Positions 43,432 through 53,745 of a stretch of DNA of 64,000 bases are shown piece by piece. A model generated the notes under the pieces. It was not told the DNA's origin and did no database searches. It was given only the letters and a program-made list of their open reading frames with translations. Source of the DNA: Dehalococcoidia bacterium (GTDB lineage: Bacteria; Chloroflexota; Dehalococcoidia; Lucifugimonadales; UBA3495). Position 1 is the first letter of the stretch. Every line of letters begins with the position of its first letter. The stretch is from the NCBI GenBank assembly GCA_965203195.1, contig OZ241860.1, positions 24,433 through 88,432 on the forward strand, read 5' to 3'. The position numbers were made by a program, and so were the translations under genes.

Positions 43432-44378
43432 TGCCGGCTCCTTCCGCTCTCCATCCAGAGGTTGGCGCTCTCCCGCGCCGCTTGCTTTTCGGCGTCCCGC
43501 GCCGCGCAGGCCGCGCTCATCGCCAGCACATCCTTGGCCCACTCATCCACGGGAACATCAATCATCCGCCCGGCAAAGGGCGCCGCCGCCGTCCCCGCCG
43601 CCAGTGCCTGGGCGAACACCTCCCGAACCTGCGTGTAGTAATCCACCAGCGACTCGGTGGGCGTATAAGACTGGTTGATGGCCTCCACCCAGCGCGGATG
43701 GCCGCACATCATCCCCTTAAACCCCAGGTTGCGGGCATTGGTGGCGATTTTCGCCATATCCTCAAAGGACAGATGGTCAACGCCCTGCCCCATCGGGTCG
43801 GCCACCGCCACCGGCTGCACGCCCGCCGCCGTAGCCTCAATGCAAATCCGCCCCCGCGCGTACACAAAGGGGTCATGCTTGGCGCTCTGCGTGATGCCCA
43901 GCGACATCGCCAGCGCCGACTCGTCAATCCCCGTCTGCCGGATGCGCGCCGACGCCGTAATGATTTCCCGCACCCGCCAGACCCCGGCCGCCGTCTCAAT
44001 GGCCGGCGCCAGCTCCAAAGCCCCCGGCGCAATCCCGTTGCTCCGTTCCAGCTCCGCCAGCGTGGCGTCCGCCTCCCGAATCTCCGCCGCCGACTCCACG
44101 CCCGGCAGAACTATGCCCGACAGCTCGGCGCAAACCGCCGCCGCGCAGTCCGCATACATCGACCGCGCGTTAACCCGCACAAAAACCTCGGCGCCCCCCT
44201 TGCTCATCTGCGCCACAGCGTCCCGCAAAACCTTCCGCGCCGCCCGGATCTCCATCGGGGAAATGCTGTCCTGCAAGTCTATGGTTACGGCATCGGCGTT
44301 GTGCTTCCAACCCAGCCGCAGCATCCGCGTCTGCGTCGCCGGTATCAGCAGGTTGGAGCGTCTGACCAGGATTGACAT
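43428..44378 (-). CDS. CitE/malyl-CoA lyase-like protein (third of three)
   Basis: RRSNL, DLQDSI, FVRVN, IETAAG, GFKG and GRMIDVP motifs. Confidence 0.85.
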   Translation of the reverse strand: MSILVRRSNLLIPATQTRMLRLGWKHNADAVTIDLQDSISPMEIRAARKVLRDAVAQMSKGGAEVFVRVNARSMYADCAAAVCAELSGIVLPGVESAAEIREADATLAELERSNGIAPGALELAPAIETAAGVWRVREIITASARIRQTGIDESALAMSLGITQSAKHDPFVYARGRICIEATAAGVQPVAVADPMGQGVDHLSFEDMAKIATNARNLGFKGMMCGHPRWVEAINQSYTPTESLVDYYTQVREVFAQALAAGTAAAPFAGRMIDVPVDEWAKDVLAMSAACAARDAEKQAARESANLWMESGRSRQ

Positions 44379-44435
44379 ATCGGTTAGCTCCGGTTCGGGT
44401 TTGGGTGGGGTTGGAGGTAGAGGTCGGAGGCGGCG

Positions 44436-45455
44436 TCAGCAGCCCGTTTCGGCGGCGCGCGTCCGGGCCATCGCTTCGGCCTTTTCGCGGTCGCGCTCCC
44501 GGCACGCCCGGCCCCACTGCAAAAGTTCCTCGGCCCGTTCCGCTTCGTAGCGGTCAATGACGCGAAAACGCCCCGGCCCGTCCTCCTCCGTCTCCAGCGG
44601 CCGGGGTTTCAGGCTGCGGTCAACATCCTGCCAGGTATCAACCTGCCGCCAGGTTTCGGAGGAATGCGCCAGCTTGCGATACTCCTCCAGCGCCCACTCG
44701 GCGTCCTCAAGCTCGGCCTCCGTCGGCGTAAAGCCCCGGTTCTGGGGCTCCACCACATTGGGATGCAAGCCTCCGCCGATGCGAAAGCCGCACTTGCGCG
44801 CCGCGTCCGCTTCCGCAAAGGCCCGGTCGGGGTCGCTGACGCTGCCCGTAATGTTGGGCGTGAACGGGGCCGCGCGCGGCGTAACCCCCAGCGCCCGCGC
44901 CGCCAGCTCCACCTCCCCCTTGCCGTACACAAACTGGTCAAAGCCCACGAACATCTCCACGCCCAGATCCCGGGACATATCGTACCCCGACGCCCCGCCA
45001 AAATCCCGGACGCGCGCGCTGGCCGACGCAATTTCGTAAGCGTTAGCCACGCCCACGGCCGTCTCAATGTTCGCCCCGATTTCAACCGTGCCCGGGCGTA
45101 TCCCCCGCTCCGCTTCCAGCCGCGTGATGATTTCGTCCATCCGCCGGATTTCAGCGCCGTATTCCGTCTTGGGGTAATTCACCTGCATCAGCCCCGGCCA
45201 GACCACCGCGTTCAGGTCCGCTTCCATCAGGTCGTGATTAATCCGGCACACCGCATCGGCGCCGCCCTTATTAACCACCGGAATGCTCCGCTTGACCAGC
45301 TTGCGGGCCACATCCTTAAGACGCGGCGGCACCGAATCCTCCAAATCCATATTGATGAAGTCGCAGCCGCGATGCCAGGCGTTGTCAATGAAACGCGCCG
45401 TAACAATGGGCATCGTCAGGCCGGAGCGCTTCAGCCGGCGCGGGTGAGCAGCCAT
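44436..45455 (-). CDS. CitE/malyl-CoA lyase-like protein (second of three)
   Basis: DLEDSVP, CRIN, PKTE, IETAVG, GYDM and LHP motifs. Confidence 0.85.
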   Translation of the reverse strand: MAAHPRRLKRSGLTMPIVTARFIDNAWHRGCDFINMDLEDSVPPRLKDVARKLVKRSIPVVNKGGADAVCRINHDLMEADLNAVVWPGLMQVNYPKTEYGAEIRRMDEIITRLEAERGIRPGTVEIGANIETAVGVANAYEIASASARVRDFGGASGYDMSRDLGVEMFVGFDQFVYGKGEVELAARALGVTPRAAPFTPNITGSVSDPDRAFAEADAARKCGFRIGGGLHPNVVEPQNRGFTPTEAELEDAEWALEEYRKLAHSSETWRQVDTWQDVDRSLKPRPLETEEDGPGRFRVIDRYEAERAEELLQWGRACRERDREKAEAMARTRAAETGC

Positions 45456-45531
45456 CGGAAAACCTCCTGGGGGCAAGGGTCACGCCTACGGCAAGGGCAG
45501 GCGTTCCGGGGGATCAGGCAAAATGTCACGG

Positions 45532-46473
45532 TCACGGCAAAGGTATCGGAACGCCGGCCCGCGCCGCCGCCTTGAACCGTTCCCGCGTGGCGCAGGCTTC
45601 GGAAAGCGCGATGACATTGTCCGCCTGCCCGGCAATGTCCGGCGTCAATATGCGCCCGTCGCAGGAAACCACCGCAATAGTGCCCGATTGAGTCGCCTCG
45701 GCGTAAGCGTCCCGCACCGACCTGGCGGCCAGCACCTCGCCGGCGCCGGGCGTAAAGCCCTCGTTCAGCGCGCCAACCTGCTCATCCCGCACGCAGAAAG
45801 ACCCCTTAAACCCGATGGCCCGCCCGCGCTGCGCCGCCGCCAGCGTCGCCGCCGGCGTCGCCAGCAGGCCCCGGTCCGGCGCCCGCCACCACGCCCCCAG
45901 CGGCGCCTTCCCCGCCGCCCCCGACAGCGTCACCAGCCGCTGCATCAGATACTGCATCAGATGGATTTCGCCCGACGGCTCCGGGCGCAAATCCATTATC
46001 AGGTCGGCCCGGCCCAGAGTAAGACCCCACACCCGCGGGCTGGCGGTGGCAATCTCCATCCCGTTATGATTGCCCAACCCCGTTTCCAGCGCCGCCACTA
46101 TGCTGACACTGCCGGGCAGCAGTCCCCTTTTCCCCTCCAGATCCGATATGATGGCATCCGCCTTGCGGATCTGTCCCGCATCCTCGGCCCGACTGATGAC
46201 CACGCCCGTCAGGCCGGGCCGGATGGCGGCCCGCAAATCGGCCAGCATCACCTCCGGGTCAATCTGCGCGCACACCTCCGCGCCGCCGCCCTGAACCTGC
46301 GCCAGCGCGTCGCCAAACCCTTCCCGCGCCCCCGGCTTGTCCCCTTCCGCCACAAACTCAACCAGGTCAAGTATGATGACATCCGCCCCGCTCCCCGGCG
46401 CGGCGGCCAGTCGCTTCGGCTGCGACGCCGGCGTCAGCAGCCAGGAACGGCGTATCTTGTCGTAAGCCGGCAT
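45532..46473 (-). CDS. CitE/malyl-CoA lyase-like protein (first of three, divergent)
   Basis: RRSWL, GADVIILDL, LETGLG, GRADL, GFKG and NEGFTP motifs. Confidence 0.82.
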   Translation of the reverse strand: MPAYDKIRRSWLLTPASQPKRLAAAPGSGADVIILDLVEFVAEGDKPGAREGFGDALAQVQGGGAEVCAQIDPEVMLADLRAAIRPGLTGVVISRAEDAGQIRKADAIISDLEGKRGLLPGSVSIVAALETGLGNHNGMEIATASPRVWGLTLGRADLIMDLRPEPSGEIHLMQYLMQRLVTLSGAAGKAPLGAWWRAPDRGLLATPAATLAAAQRGRAIGFKGSFCVRDEQVGALNEGFTPGAGEVLAARSVRDAYAEATQSGTIAVVSCDGRILTPDIAGQADNVIALSEACATRERFKAAARAGVPIPLP

Positions 46474-47028
46474 AATGCTTATCCACCTTTTTATGGCAAC
46501 CCCGACGGCGCATTATGCGGTATAATGCGCCCGCGACTTGCGAACTTGAATGACGGCAAGCCGTCTCCCGTTGGCGATTGTACCCCATACCAACTCCTTT
46601 GGCAAACATATTGGGGCAACTGCCGATTCCTCGCCGTCCCCGGCCCGTACCCGCCCCCAATTTCCCGTATCATCCTGTCATCACATTGCCGCCCTCGACC
46701 TTTGACGCCAGTTATGTAAAGACTGAAATCCGGCCATCCCACCTCACTACACCGGATTGTCCGCGCCTTGTCCCGCCAGCGACCGCGTTTCCTTGCCACC
46801 GGCTTGGCAACTGGTTTGGACAGCGGCCCGTCTCTCCGGCATAAACCGGAGGCATAAACCGGCATAACGCCAGGTTCAGACCGCCTCGCCGGCAACCTTG
46901 CGGCCATCGTATCCGGGCTTCTATCCGTATCCGGTTATACCCAACGCCGTCTATCCTGCTACACTTTGCCTTTCCAAACTTGACTCTGTTATCCCATCGT
47001 ACCCCGCCACTGCCCACAGGAGCCGCCC

Positions 47029-50000
47029 GTGTCCACCACTGCTACCCCCTCTCTGCAAATCCAGGACTTATCCGACTCCGGGCAGCTGCAAGTGAGCCTC
47101 GTCCAGCCGGGAGCCGACGTCCGCCCCGCCCCCCCGGCCCCGTTCACCCTGGCCTTCTCCCCCGACGAACGCGCCGCCCTTGACCGCTACCACGCCGAAT
47201 ATCTGCGCCCCGGCGTGGACGCCCTGCCGCGCCTCGCCGCGGTGGAAACCGCAATGCGCAACCTGGGCCGTCTCCTCTTTGAGCTGGCTTTCCCCGCCGC
47301 CGGCGCCGCCCGCCGCCTGCTGGACGACGCCCTGGCCCTGGCCGCCGGCGCCAACCCCCCCGAACTGGCTGTCATATCCCCAAACCCCGACTTCCTCTCT
47401 CTGCCCTGGGAACTGCTCAATGACCCCAGGCTGGGCTACTTCGTTCCCGGACTGGCCGGCGTGGCCCGGCAAACCACTGCGTCTATCCCCTCCGACCAAA
47501 CCGATGAACGCGGCGAGGACGTCCTCAATGTCCTGATGCTTTCGCCATCGCCCCTTGACGAAGCCATCCCCGCCCGTGGCCCCCTGCTTGCCGGCCCCGT
47601 CATCGCCGGCGGCAGTCTGGCGTCCGCTGCCGTGACGGCCCTGGAAGGCTTGAACTCCCAGGCGTCCCTGGACAACCCGCGCCCGGCCACTCTGGAAGCA
47701 ATGCGCCGGCTGCTGGAACGCAGCCCCGCCCACTACCACATCGCCCATCTGGACGGCATTGCCTTGGACGCCGCCGGCGCCGTCCGGCTGGAAAACGAAA
47801 CCGGCGCCTCTCACCCCGTGCCCCCGGCCGAACTGGGCGCTCTGCTGGCCGCGGCCGGCGTCAAGGTAGCCCTGCTGTCCGCCGGCCTCCAGCCCGATGC
47901 CCCCGCCGCCGCCCTCTGGACCCGCGCCGCCCTGGCTCTGGCCGGCGCCGGCGTCCCCCAGGTTGCCCTCCTGCCCGCGCCATTGCACCCGGACATTGCG
48001 GAAACGGCTATGCGGACTTTCTACACCGGCCTGGCCCGGGGCAATGACGTCGCCGCCGCCGTGGCCGCCCTGCGCCGGGAGCTGATGAACGCCCCGGAAC
48101 GACTCACCATCCACGGCCGCCGCGTTTCCTGGGACTGGCAGCCCCCTGCCGTCTATCGTTCCCGCCACTATCTGCCCCCGGCCATCGCCGAACACCGCCC
48201 CGACCCTCTGGCCGCCCCGGTGATAAACCCGGAGGATGCCGCCCCGGAGGAGGACTTGCAGATACCCGCCGCCGGCCGCTACGGGCTGATTGGCCGGCAG
48301 CCGGAAATGCGCCAGCTGGAACGCGCCCTGCGCGCCCACCCGGTCGTCCTGCTGCACGGCGCCGCCGGCGCCGGCAAAACCGAACTGGCCCTGGCCTTGT
48401 GCCGCTGGTTCCTCAAGCCGGCCCGCGTCGCCTGCCCCGGCGGGGTATTCTACACCGCTTTTGAAGCCTCCCAGCCGGCGGGCCTGGAACGGGTCGTCCA
48501 CGAAATCGGCACCGCCGTGGCCGGCCTGGACTTTGCCGACCAGCCCGCGGCACGCCAGCTCCGCTGGGTAACGGCCTACTTGCAGGAAAACCCGTCTCTC
48601 CTGGTATGGGACAACGCGGAAAACATCGCCGGCTTCCCCGACGGCGCCCCCGGCCTGCTGGACGAATCGGAACTACCCGCCCTGACGTCGTTCCTCTCCG
48701 AAATCACCGCCGGCCCCGCCGCCAGCCGCGCCCTGCTGCTCACCCGCCGCCCCTCCGAAACCTGGCTGTCGTCGTCCGACCGGATGCCTCTGGCCACTGT
48801 CGCCCTGGACGGGCTGTCGCCGTCCGACCGGATGCCCCTGGCCGCTGCCGTAATGCACCAGGCCGGCGTCTCTCCCTCCCGCGCCGGCGACGACCTCGCC
48901 GAACTGCTGGACCTGTTGCAGGGACACCCCCTGGCCATGCAAATTGCCTTGCCCCTGGCCAAGGACACGCCGCCGGCCGCCGTCGTCAGCGAAATCCGCC
49001 GCCGGCGCGACGAAGCCCCCGACGCAGCCGAACCCGCCCGCCCGCCCATCCTCACCGCCGCTATGGAATACGCCTACTCCAAAATGTCCCGCCGGGGCCG
49101 CGCCCACCTGCCTTTCCTCGCCCTGTTCCAGCGCCGGGTAATGCTGGACATCCTGTCCCACATCACCGAGGAGCGGGTCTATGGACAGGTGATGGGCGGC
49201 GACCTGGCCGCCGGCGCCTCCCGCACCCTGCTGGGCCCCGAGGGCGGGATGCAGTCATCCGGCCGTTCCTACGCCGCCTGCCGCACCCTTCTGCGCCAGG
49301 CTCAGGCCGCCGGCTTCCTGGAAGCCGTATCCCCCAGCGTGTACCAGATTCACCCCGCCCTGCCCTGGTTCCTGGGCCGCAAGCTGGGACGCCAGGTATC
49401 CGCCGACGGCATCCGCCGCCTGGAACAGGAATTCGTCCGCGTCTATGCCGACACCGCCGACTACTTTATGGAAAGCCTCTACGAAAACCAGGACACCGGC
49501 GTCACCGCCGTCCTGGCCGAGGAAGGCAACCTCTCCCAGGCCCTGGGCCTGGCCCTGGAATACCGCCAGTGGGACAACTCCCAGCTGCTCATCCAGCCCC
49601 TGGCGCAGGTGTACCGGATGCAAAAACGCTTCCCCGAACTGCGCCGCCTCCGCGCCCAGCTGCTGGACGCCATCGGACACACCGCCGCCCAGGCCGAAAG
49701 CAACGGCGCCATCGACTTCTGGCAGTACCTCCTCGGCACCGACGCCATGGAATCCGTCGAACTTATGGACCTGGACCGCGCCGAAACCTACAACCGGCGC
49801 CTGCTGGACTACCTGCTGTCCCAACCCGACGGCGCCGCCGACCCCCGTACCGCCGCCGTCTATCACCAGAACGGACTCATCGCCACCCGCCGGGGCCACC
49901 TCGACGATGCCTCCCAATGGCTGGAAAAGGGCCTGGAAATCATCGACGGCGGCGATGACCAGGAATCCATCGCCGACGCCTGCTTCGCCATCGGCCAGGT

Positions 50001-50856
50001 GCGCCACCACCAGCGGCAGTACGGCGCCGCCAAAGAATGGTACGCCCGCGCCCTGGACATCCACCAGCGCCTGCCCGACTACGAGGAAATGGTCAACGAC
50101 TTCCGCGCCCTCGGCTCCGCCTGCCACCTGCGCTTTGAATACGACGAAGCCCGCAGCTGGTATCACCGCGCCCGCGAACTGGTCGAGGAAAACCGGGACG
50201 AGGAAACCGCCGTCCACATCTTTCACGCCCTCGGCGCCGTGGACCATTCCGAATACCTCTTTGAGGAAGCCCAATCCTGGTACCAGCAGGCCCTGGGCCT
50301 CGCCGACCGCCTCGGTATGACCGGCCAGATGGTCGTGGCATTCCACCACCTCGGCCTCCTGGCCCAGGCTCGGGGCATCCCCGACGAAGCCGAGGAATGG
50401 CTGCGCGTGGCTATGGAATACCGCGAGCAAATGGGCGACCGGCGCGGCGTCGGCATCGAAGCCCGCCAGCTGGGCGTCATCCACCACGAACAGGGCAACC
50501 TGGAAATGGCCTATCACTGGTACGACCAGGCCCGCAGCGCCTTTGAACAGGTCAACGACCCCCTCCGCGCCGCCCGCGCCTGCGGCCAGCTCGGTATGGT
50601 CGAGGAGGAACGCGGCAACCTGCCCAACGCCCTCCGCTGGGTCGCTCACACCTACCGCCTGATTGCCGACCACCAACTGCCTATGCTGGAACCCGTCACC
50701 GCCCACCTGTCCCGTCTGCGCGAACGAATGGGCGCCGACGACTTCCGCCGGTGGTGGCTGGACAACACCGGCGCCGAACCACCCAACGATGCCAACTTCC
50801 TAGCCGATGCCGAACCCCCGGACGATAAGGAAACGAATACCGAAAACATTCCGTAA
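47029..50856 (+). CDS. CHAT-like + STAND (NB-ARC-type) NTPase + TPR protein
   Basis: LPWELL and W..P..Y CHAT hallmarks; GR..E, GAAGAGKT, VWDNAE and GHPLA; many C-terminal TPRs. Confidence 0.88.
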   Translation: MSTTATPSLQIQDLSDSGQLQVSLVQPGADVRPAPPAPFTLAFSPDERAALDRYHAEYLRPGVDALPRLAAVETAMRNLGRLLFELAFPAAGAARRLLDDALALAAGANPPELAVISPNPDFLSLPWELLNDPRLGYFVPGLAGVARQTTASIPSDQTDERGEDVLNVLMLSPSPLDEAIPARGPLLAGPVIAGGSLASAAVTALEGLNSQASLDNPRPATLEAMRRLLERSPAHYHIAHLDGIALDAAGAVRLENETGASHPVPPAELGALLAAAGVKVALLSAGLQPDAPAAALWTRAALALAGAGVPQVALLPAPLHPDIAETAMRTFYTGLARGNDVAAAVAALRRELMNAPERLTIHGRRVSWDWQPPAVYRSRHYLPPAIAEHRPDPLAAPVINPEDAAPEEDLQIPAAGRYGLIGRQPEMRQLERALRAHPVVLLHGAAGAGKTELALALCRWFLKPARVACPGGVFYTAFEASQPAGLERVVHEIGTAVAGLDFADQPAARQLRWVTAYLQENPSLLVWDNAENIAGFPDGAPGLLDESELPALTSFLSEITAGPAASRALLLTRRPSETWLSSSDRMPLATVALDGLSPSDRMPLAAAVMHQAGVSPSRAGDDLAELLDLLQGHPLAMQIALPLAKDTPPAAVVSEIRRRRDEAPDAAEPARPPILTAAMEYAYSKMSRRGRAHLPFLALFQRRVMLDILSHITEERVYGQVMGGDLAAGASRTLLGPEGGMQSSGRSYAACRTLLRQAQAAGFLEAVSPSVYQIHPALPWFLGRKLGRQVSADGIRRLEQEFVRVYADTADYFMESLYENQDTGVTAVLAEEGNLSQALGLALEYRQWDNSQLLIQPLAQVYRMQKRFPELRRLRAQLLDAIGHTAAQAESNGAIDFWQYLLGTDAMESVELMDLDRAETYNRRLLDYLLSQPDGAADPRTAAVYHQNGLIATRRGHLDDASQWLEKGLEIIDGGDDQESIADACFAIGQVRHHQRQYGAAKEWYARALDIHQRLPDYEEMVNDFRALGSACHLRFEYDEARSWYHRARELVEENRDEETAVHIFHALGAVDHSEYLFEEAQSWYQQALGLADRLGMTGQMVVAFHHLGLLAQARGIPDEAEEWLRVAMEYREQMGDRRGVGIEARQLGVIHHEQGNLEMAYHWYDQARSAFEQVNDPLRAARACGQLGMVEEERGNLPNALRWVAHTYRLIADHQLPMLEPVTAHLSRLRERMGADDFRRWWLDNTGAEPPNDANFLADAEPPDDKETNTENIP

Positions 50857-50994
50857 CCCAACGCCGGCTTGCCCTGCTGTCCCCGTTCCCCGTGAATGTG
50901 TCAATGCCCCTGCGGAAAGCCGGCGCCAATTCCTGTTTCCCCGCCGCCCGCCGGCACCACATCCCGCCGGCGGCAGACCTCAAGGTGAACTCCT

Positions 50995-52995
50995 ATGGCG
51001 CTAACCCGACTGGACACCGCTATCCGTCTCCCCTTCGCCAACGGCCAAACCTTCGGCGCGGTGGGCGCCTACGAGCGCATTGACGGCTTCGCCCATTTCG
51101 CCGTTGACCCGGATCATCCCGACAACGCCGTTATCGCCGACATCGCCCTCGCCCCCCGCAACTTCTCCGGCCTGGTGGAATTCTACGCCAATTTCCGCAT
51201 CCTCAAGCCCGTGGACAACGACCACGGCAACGGCCGGCTGCTGCTGGACGTCCCCAACCGGGGACGGGAACTGGCCCTCAAAAACCTCAACAGTGCCCCC
51301 GATACGCCCGCCGAAGCCCTCCCTCATCCCGGCAACGGCTACCTGATGCGCGCCGGCTACACCCTGATCTGGTGCGGCTGGCAGCACGACGTCCCCGACG
51401 CCCCCGGCCTGTTCCGCTGCGCTGTCCCCAACGCCGTTCACCCCGACGGCTCCCCGGTCTCCGGCCCGGTCATCGTATCCTTCCAGCCCACCCTGCCCAC
51501 CGACACGCAGTTCCTCTCCGACCGCAACCACCAGCCCTATCCGACCAACCACCTGGAAAGCTGGGATTCCGTCCTTACCGTTCAGGACTACGAGGACGGC
51601 CCCGAAACCGTCATCCCTCGCGCGCAGTGGGCATTCGCCCGTATGTCCCCCGACGGCCGCCGCCTCCCCGATGCCACCAGCGTCACTCTGGACGGCGGCT
51701 TTGCGCCGGGCAAGGTCTATCGCGTCCGCTACGAAACCTGTCACGCCCCGGTAGTTGGCCTCGGCCTGCTGGCCACGCGGGACATCGCCGCCTGGCTGCG
51801 CTACGAAACGGCCGACGCCGCCGGCGCCGTCAACCCTCTCGCCGGCGCCCTGGGCCGCGCCTACGCCTACGGACGCAGCCAGAGCGGACGCTTCCTCCGC
51901 CAGTTCCTCTACCTGGGCCTGAACCGGGACGAAACCGCCGGCCGCATCGTCTTTGACGGGATGCTGCCCAACGTCGCCGGCGGCAAAATGGGCGAATTCA
52001 ACGTCCGCTTCGGACAGCCCTCCAGCCTGTCCAACCACAGCGTCAACAACCTGCTGCCCTTCCGCGACCTCAACCGCGACGGCTCCGACGGCATCCTGGC
52101 CGAAACAACCCGGCGCGGCGTCGCCCCCAAAGTCATCTACACCAACACCGCCTCCGAATACTGGGGCGGACACGGCGCCCTGGCCCATACCACCCCGGAC
52201 GGCAAGACCGATATTCCTCTGCCCGACAATGTGCGTTCCTGGCTTTTCGCCGGCGCCCAGCACGCCCCCGCTCCGTTGCCCTTGTCCGACGTCAACCCCG
52301 ACACCGGCGCGCGCGGCGTACACTTCCTCAACTACGTTGACTACCGCCCGCTGATGCGCGCCGCCCTGCATCGCCTCGACCGCTGGGTTACCCATAATGA
52401 ACCGCCCCCCGGCAATCGTTATCCCTGCCACGCCGACGGCAACATCATCCCCGCCGCAGACGCCGCCGCCTTGTTCCGAACCCTGCCGGGCGCTGCCTTC
52501 CCCGACCATCTGAAAACCGTCCGCCGTCTGGACTTCGGCCCCGACCGCGCCGTTCCCACCCGGATACCCCCGGCCGTGGGCGCCCCCTACCCGACGCTGG
52601 TCTCCGCCCTGGACGATGACGGCAACGAAACCGGCGGCGTGCGCCTGCCTGCCATTGCCGTCCCCCTGGCCACCTACGCCGGCTGGAACGTGCGCCACCC
52701 CGACATCGGCGGCGCCGGCCAGACCCTGGCCCCCGGCGGCACCCTGGCCGGCAGCGCCATCCCTTTCGCTGCCACCCGCGCCGCCCGGCTGGCTGCCGGC
52801 GACCCGCGCCCGTCTATTGAGGAACGCTACGCCTCCCGGGACGAATACCTGGAGCGGGTGCGGGACTGCGCCGCCGCCCTGGCCGCCGCCGGCTACCTGC
52901 TGGCCGAGGACATCCCCACGCTGGAATCCCACGGCGCCGAGGTGTACGATGCCATCATCGCACGGCCCGAAGCCGTGCCGCCCGCCGCCGACTAA
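50995..52995 (+). CDS. Large alpha/beta-hydrolase-domain protein
   Basis: PNRG, GWQ.D, GRSQSGRFLR, EYW, D.DGNE.GG and DPRPSIEERY motifs. Confidence 0.8.
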   Translation: MALTRLDTAIRLPFANGQTFGAVGAYERIDGFAHFAVDPDHPDNAVIADIALAPRNFSGLVEFYANFRILKPVDNDHGNGRLLLDVPNRGRELALKNLNSAPDTPAEALPHPGNGYLMRAGYTLIWCGWQHDVPDAPGLFRCAVPNAVHPDGSPVSGPVIVSFQPTLPTDTQFLSDRNHQPYPTNHLESWDSVLTVQDYEDGPETVIPRAQWAFARMSPDGRRLPDATSVTLDGGFAPGKVYRVRYETCHAPVVGLGLLATRDIAAWLRYETADAAGAVNPLAGALGRAYAYGRSQSGRFLRQFLYLGLNRDETAGRIVFDGMLPNVAGGKMGEFNVRFGQPSSLSNHSVNNLLPFRDLNRDGSDGILAETTRRGVAPKVIYTNTASEYWGGHGALAHTTPDGKTDIPLPDNVRSWLFAGAQHAPAPLPLSDVNPDTGARGVHFLNYVDYRPLMRAALHRLDRWVTHNEPPPGNRYPCHADGNIIPAADAAALFRTLPGAAFPDHLKTVRRLDFGPDRAVPTRIPPAVGAPYPTLVSALDDDGNETGGVRLPAIAVPLATYAGWNVRHPDIGGAGQTLAPGGTLAGSAIPFAATRAARLAAGDPRPSIEERYASRDEYLERVRDCAAALAAAGYLLAEDIPTLESHGAEVYDAIIARPEAVPPAAD

Positions 52996-53018
52996 CCTTG
53001 CCGCCACAGGAGGCGCTT

Positions 53019-53315
53019 ATGGAACCCTCCAACGAACTCAACTATTATGTCGAACCCCGCTACCAGGTCCACACCCTTACCCTGGACGAATTCAAGGAGC
53101 AGTGCCTCGATTTCGTCTCCAAAATCGCCGCCGCTGACGATGACCAGACCATTGAGGTCATCATCTTTGACGGCGACGATCCCGTTGCTTTCCTGACCCG
53201 CTACGAACCCCCGCAGCTCCCCGAGTATCCGCCCATCAAAGTCGAAATCCTCGGCGACATCGTCTCCCCGATGCCGGCAGAATGGTATTCTCCGCCTGCC
53301 CGAAATGAGGAGTAG
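53019..53315 (+). CDS. Putative Phd/YefM-like antitoxin
   Basis: EFKEQCL...VII...PVA.L and C-terminal ILGDIVSP...W; AGGAGG SD; precedes a PIN gene. Confidence 0.7.
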   Translation: MEPSNELNYYVEPRYQVHTLTLDEFKEQCLDFVSKIAAADDDQTIEVIIFDGDDPVAFLTRYEPPQLPEYPPIKVEILGDIVSPMPAEWYSPPARNEE

Positions 53316-53321
53316 CGCCCG

Positions 53322-53717
53322 ATGCTCCTTGATACCCACTGCTGCATCTGGTTGATTAGCAAGGACCGCCGGCTTGGCCCGCAAGCCGGCAACCGAATCG
53401 AATCGGCCCAACGACGCCAGGAAGTCGCCTTTTCTGCTATCTCCCTCTGGGAAATCGCGATGCTGTTGCAGAAAAACCGTCTGGACAACGATATGACCGC
53501 CGACCAGTGGCGGCAGGCATTGCTCGACCGTGGCTTCCACGAAATCCCCGTTGATGGCGCCATCGCCGCCCGCGCCGGTTCTTTGCCGGATATGCACGGC
53601 GACCCCGCCGACCGTATCATCATCGCCACTGCCCTCGCCGGCCACCAGCTCATCACCGACGACCGGCTGATACTCAACTGGCCCGGACGCCTCGACTGCT
53701 TCCCCGCCCGCCGCTAA
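53322..53717 (+). CDS. vapC: PIN-domain (VapC-like) toxin
   Basis: LLDTH..IW, SAISLWEI, HGDPADRIIIATA and LITDD motifs. Confidence 0.9.
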   Translation: MLLDTHCCIWLISKDRRLGPQAGNRIESAQRRQEVAFSAISLWEIAMLLQKNRLDNDMTADQWRQALLDRGFHEIPVDGAIAARAGSLPDMHGDPADRIIIATALAGHQLITDDRLILNWPGRLDCFPARR

Positions 53718-53745
53718 CTGCCCCCGTCCCGAGGAGAAACCTGTT

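Noticed and set aside
48770-48850. Internal SDRMPLA duplication in the STAND gene
   Set aside because: A short in-frame duplication with no evident functional consequence.
53019-53717. Phd-like/VapC pair as a novel system
   Set aside because: An ordinary type II TA arrangement.
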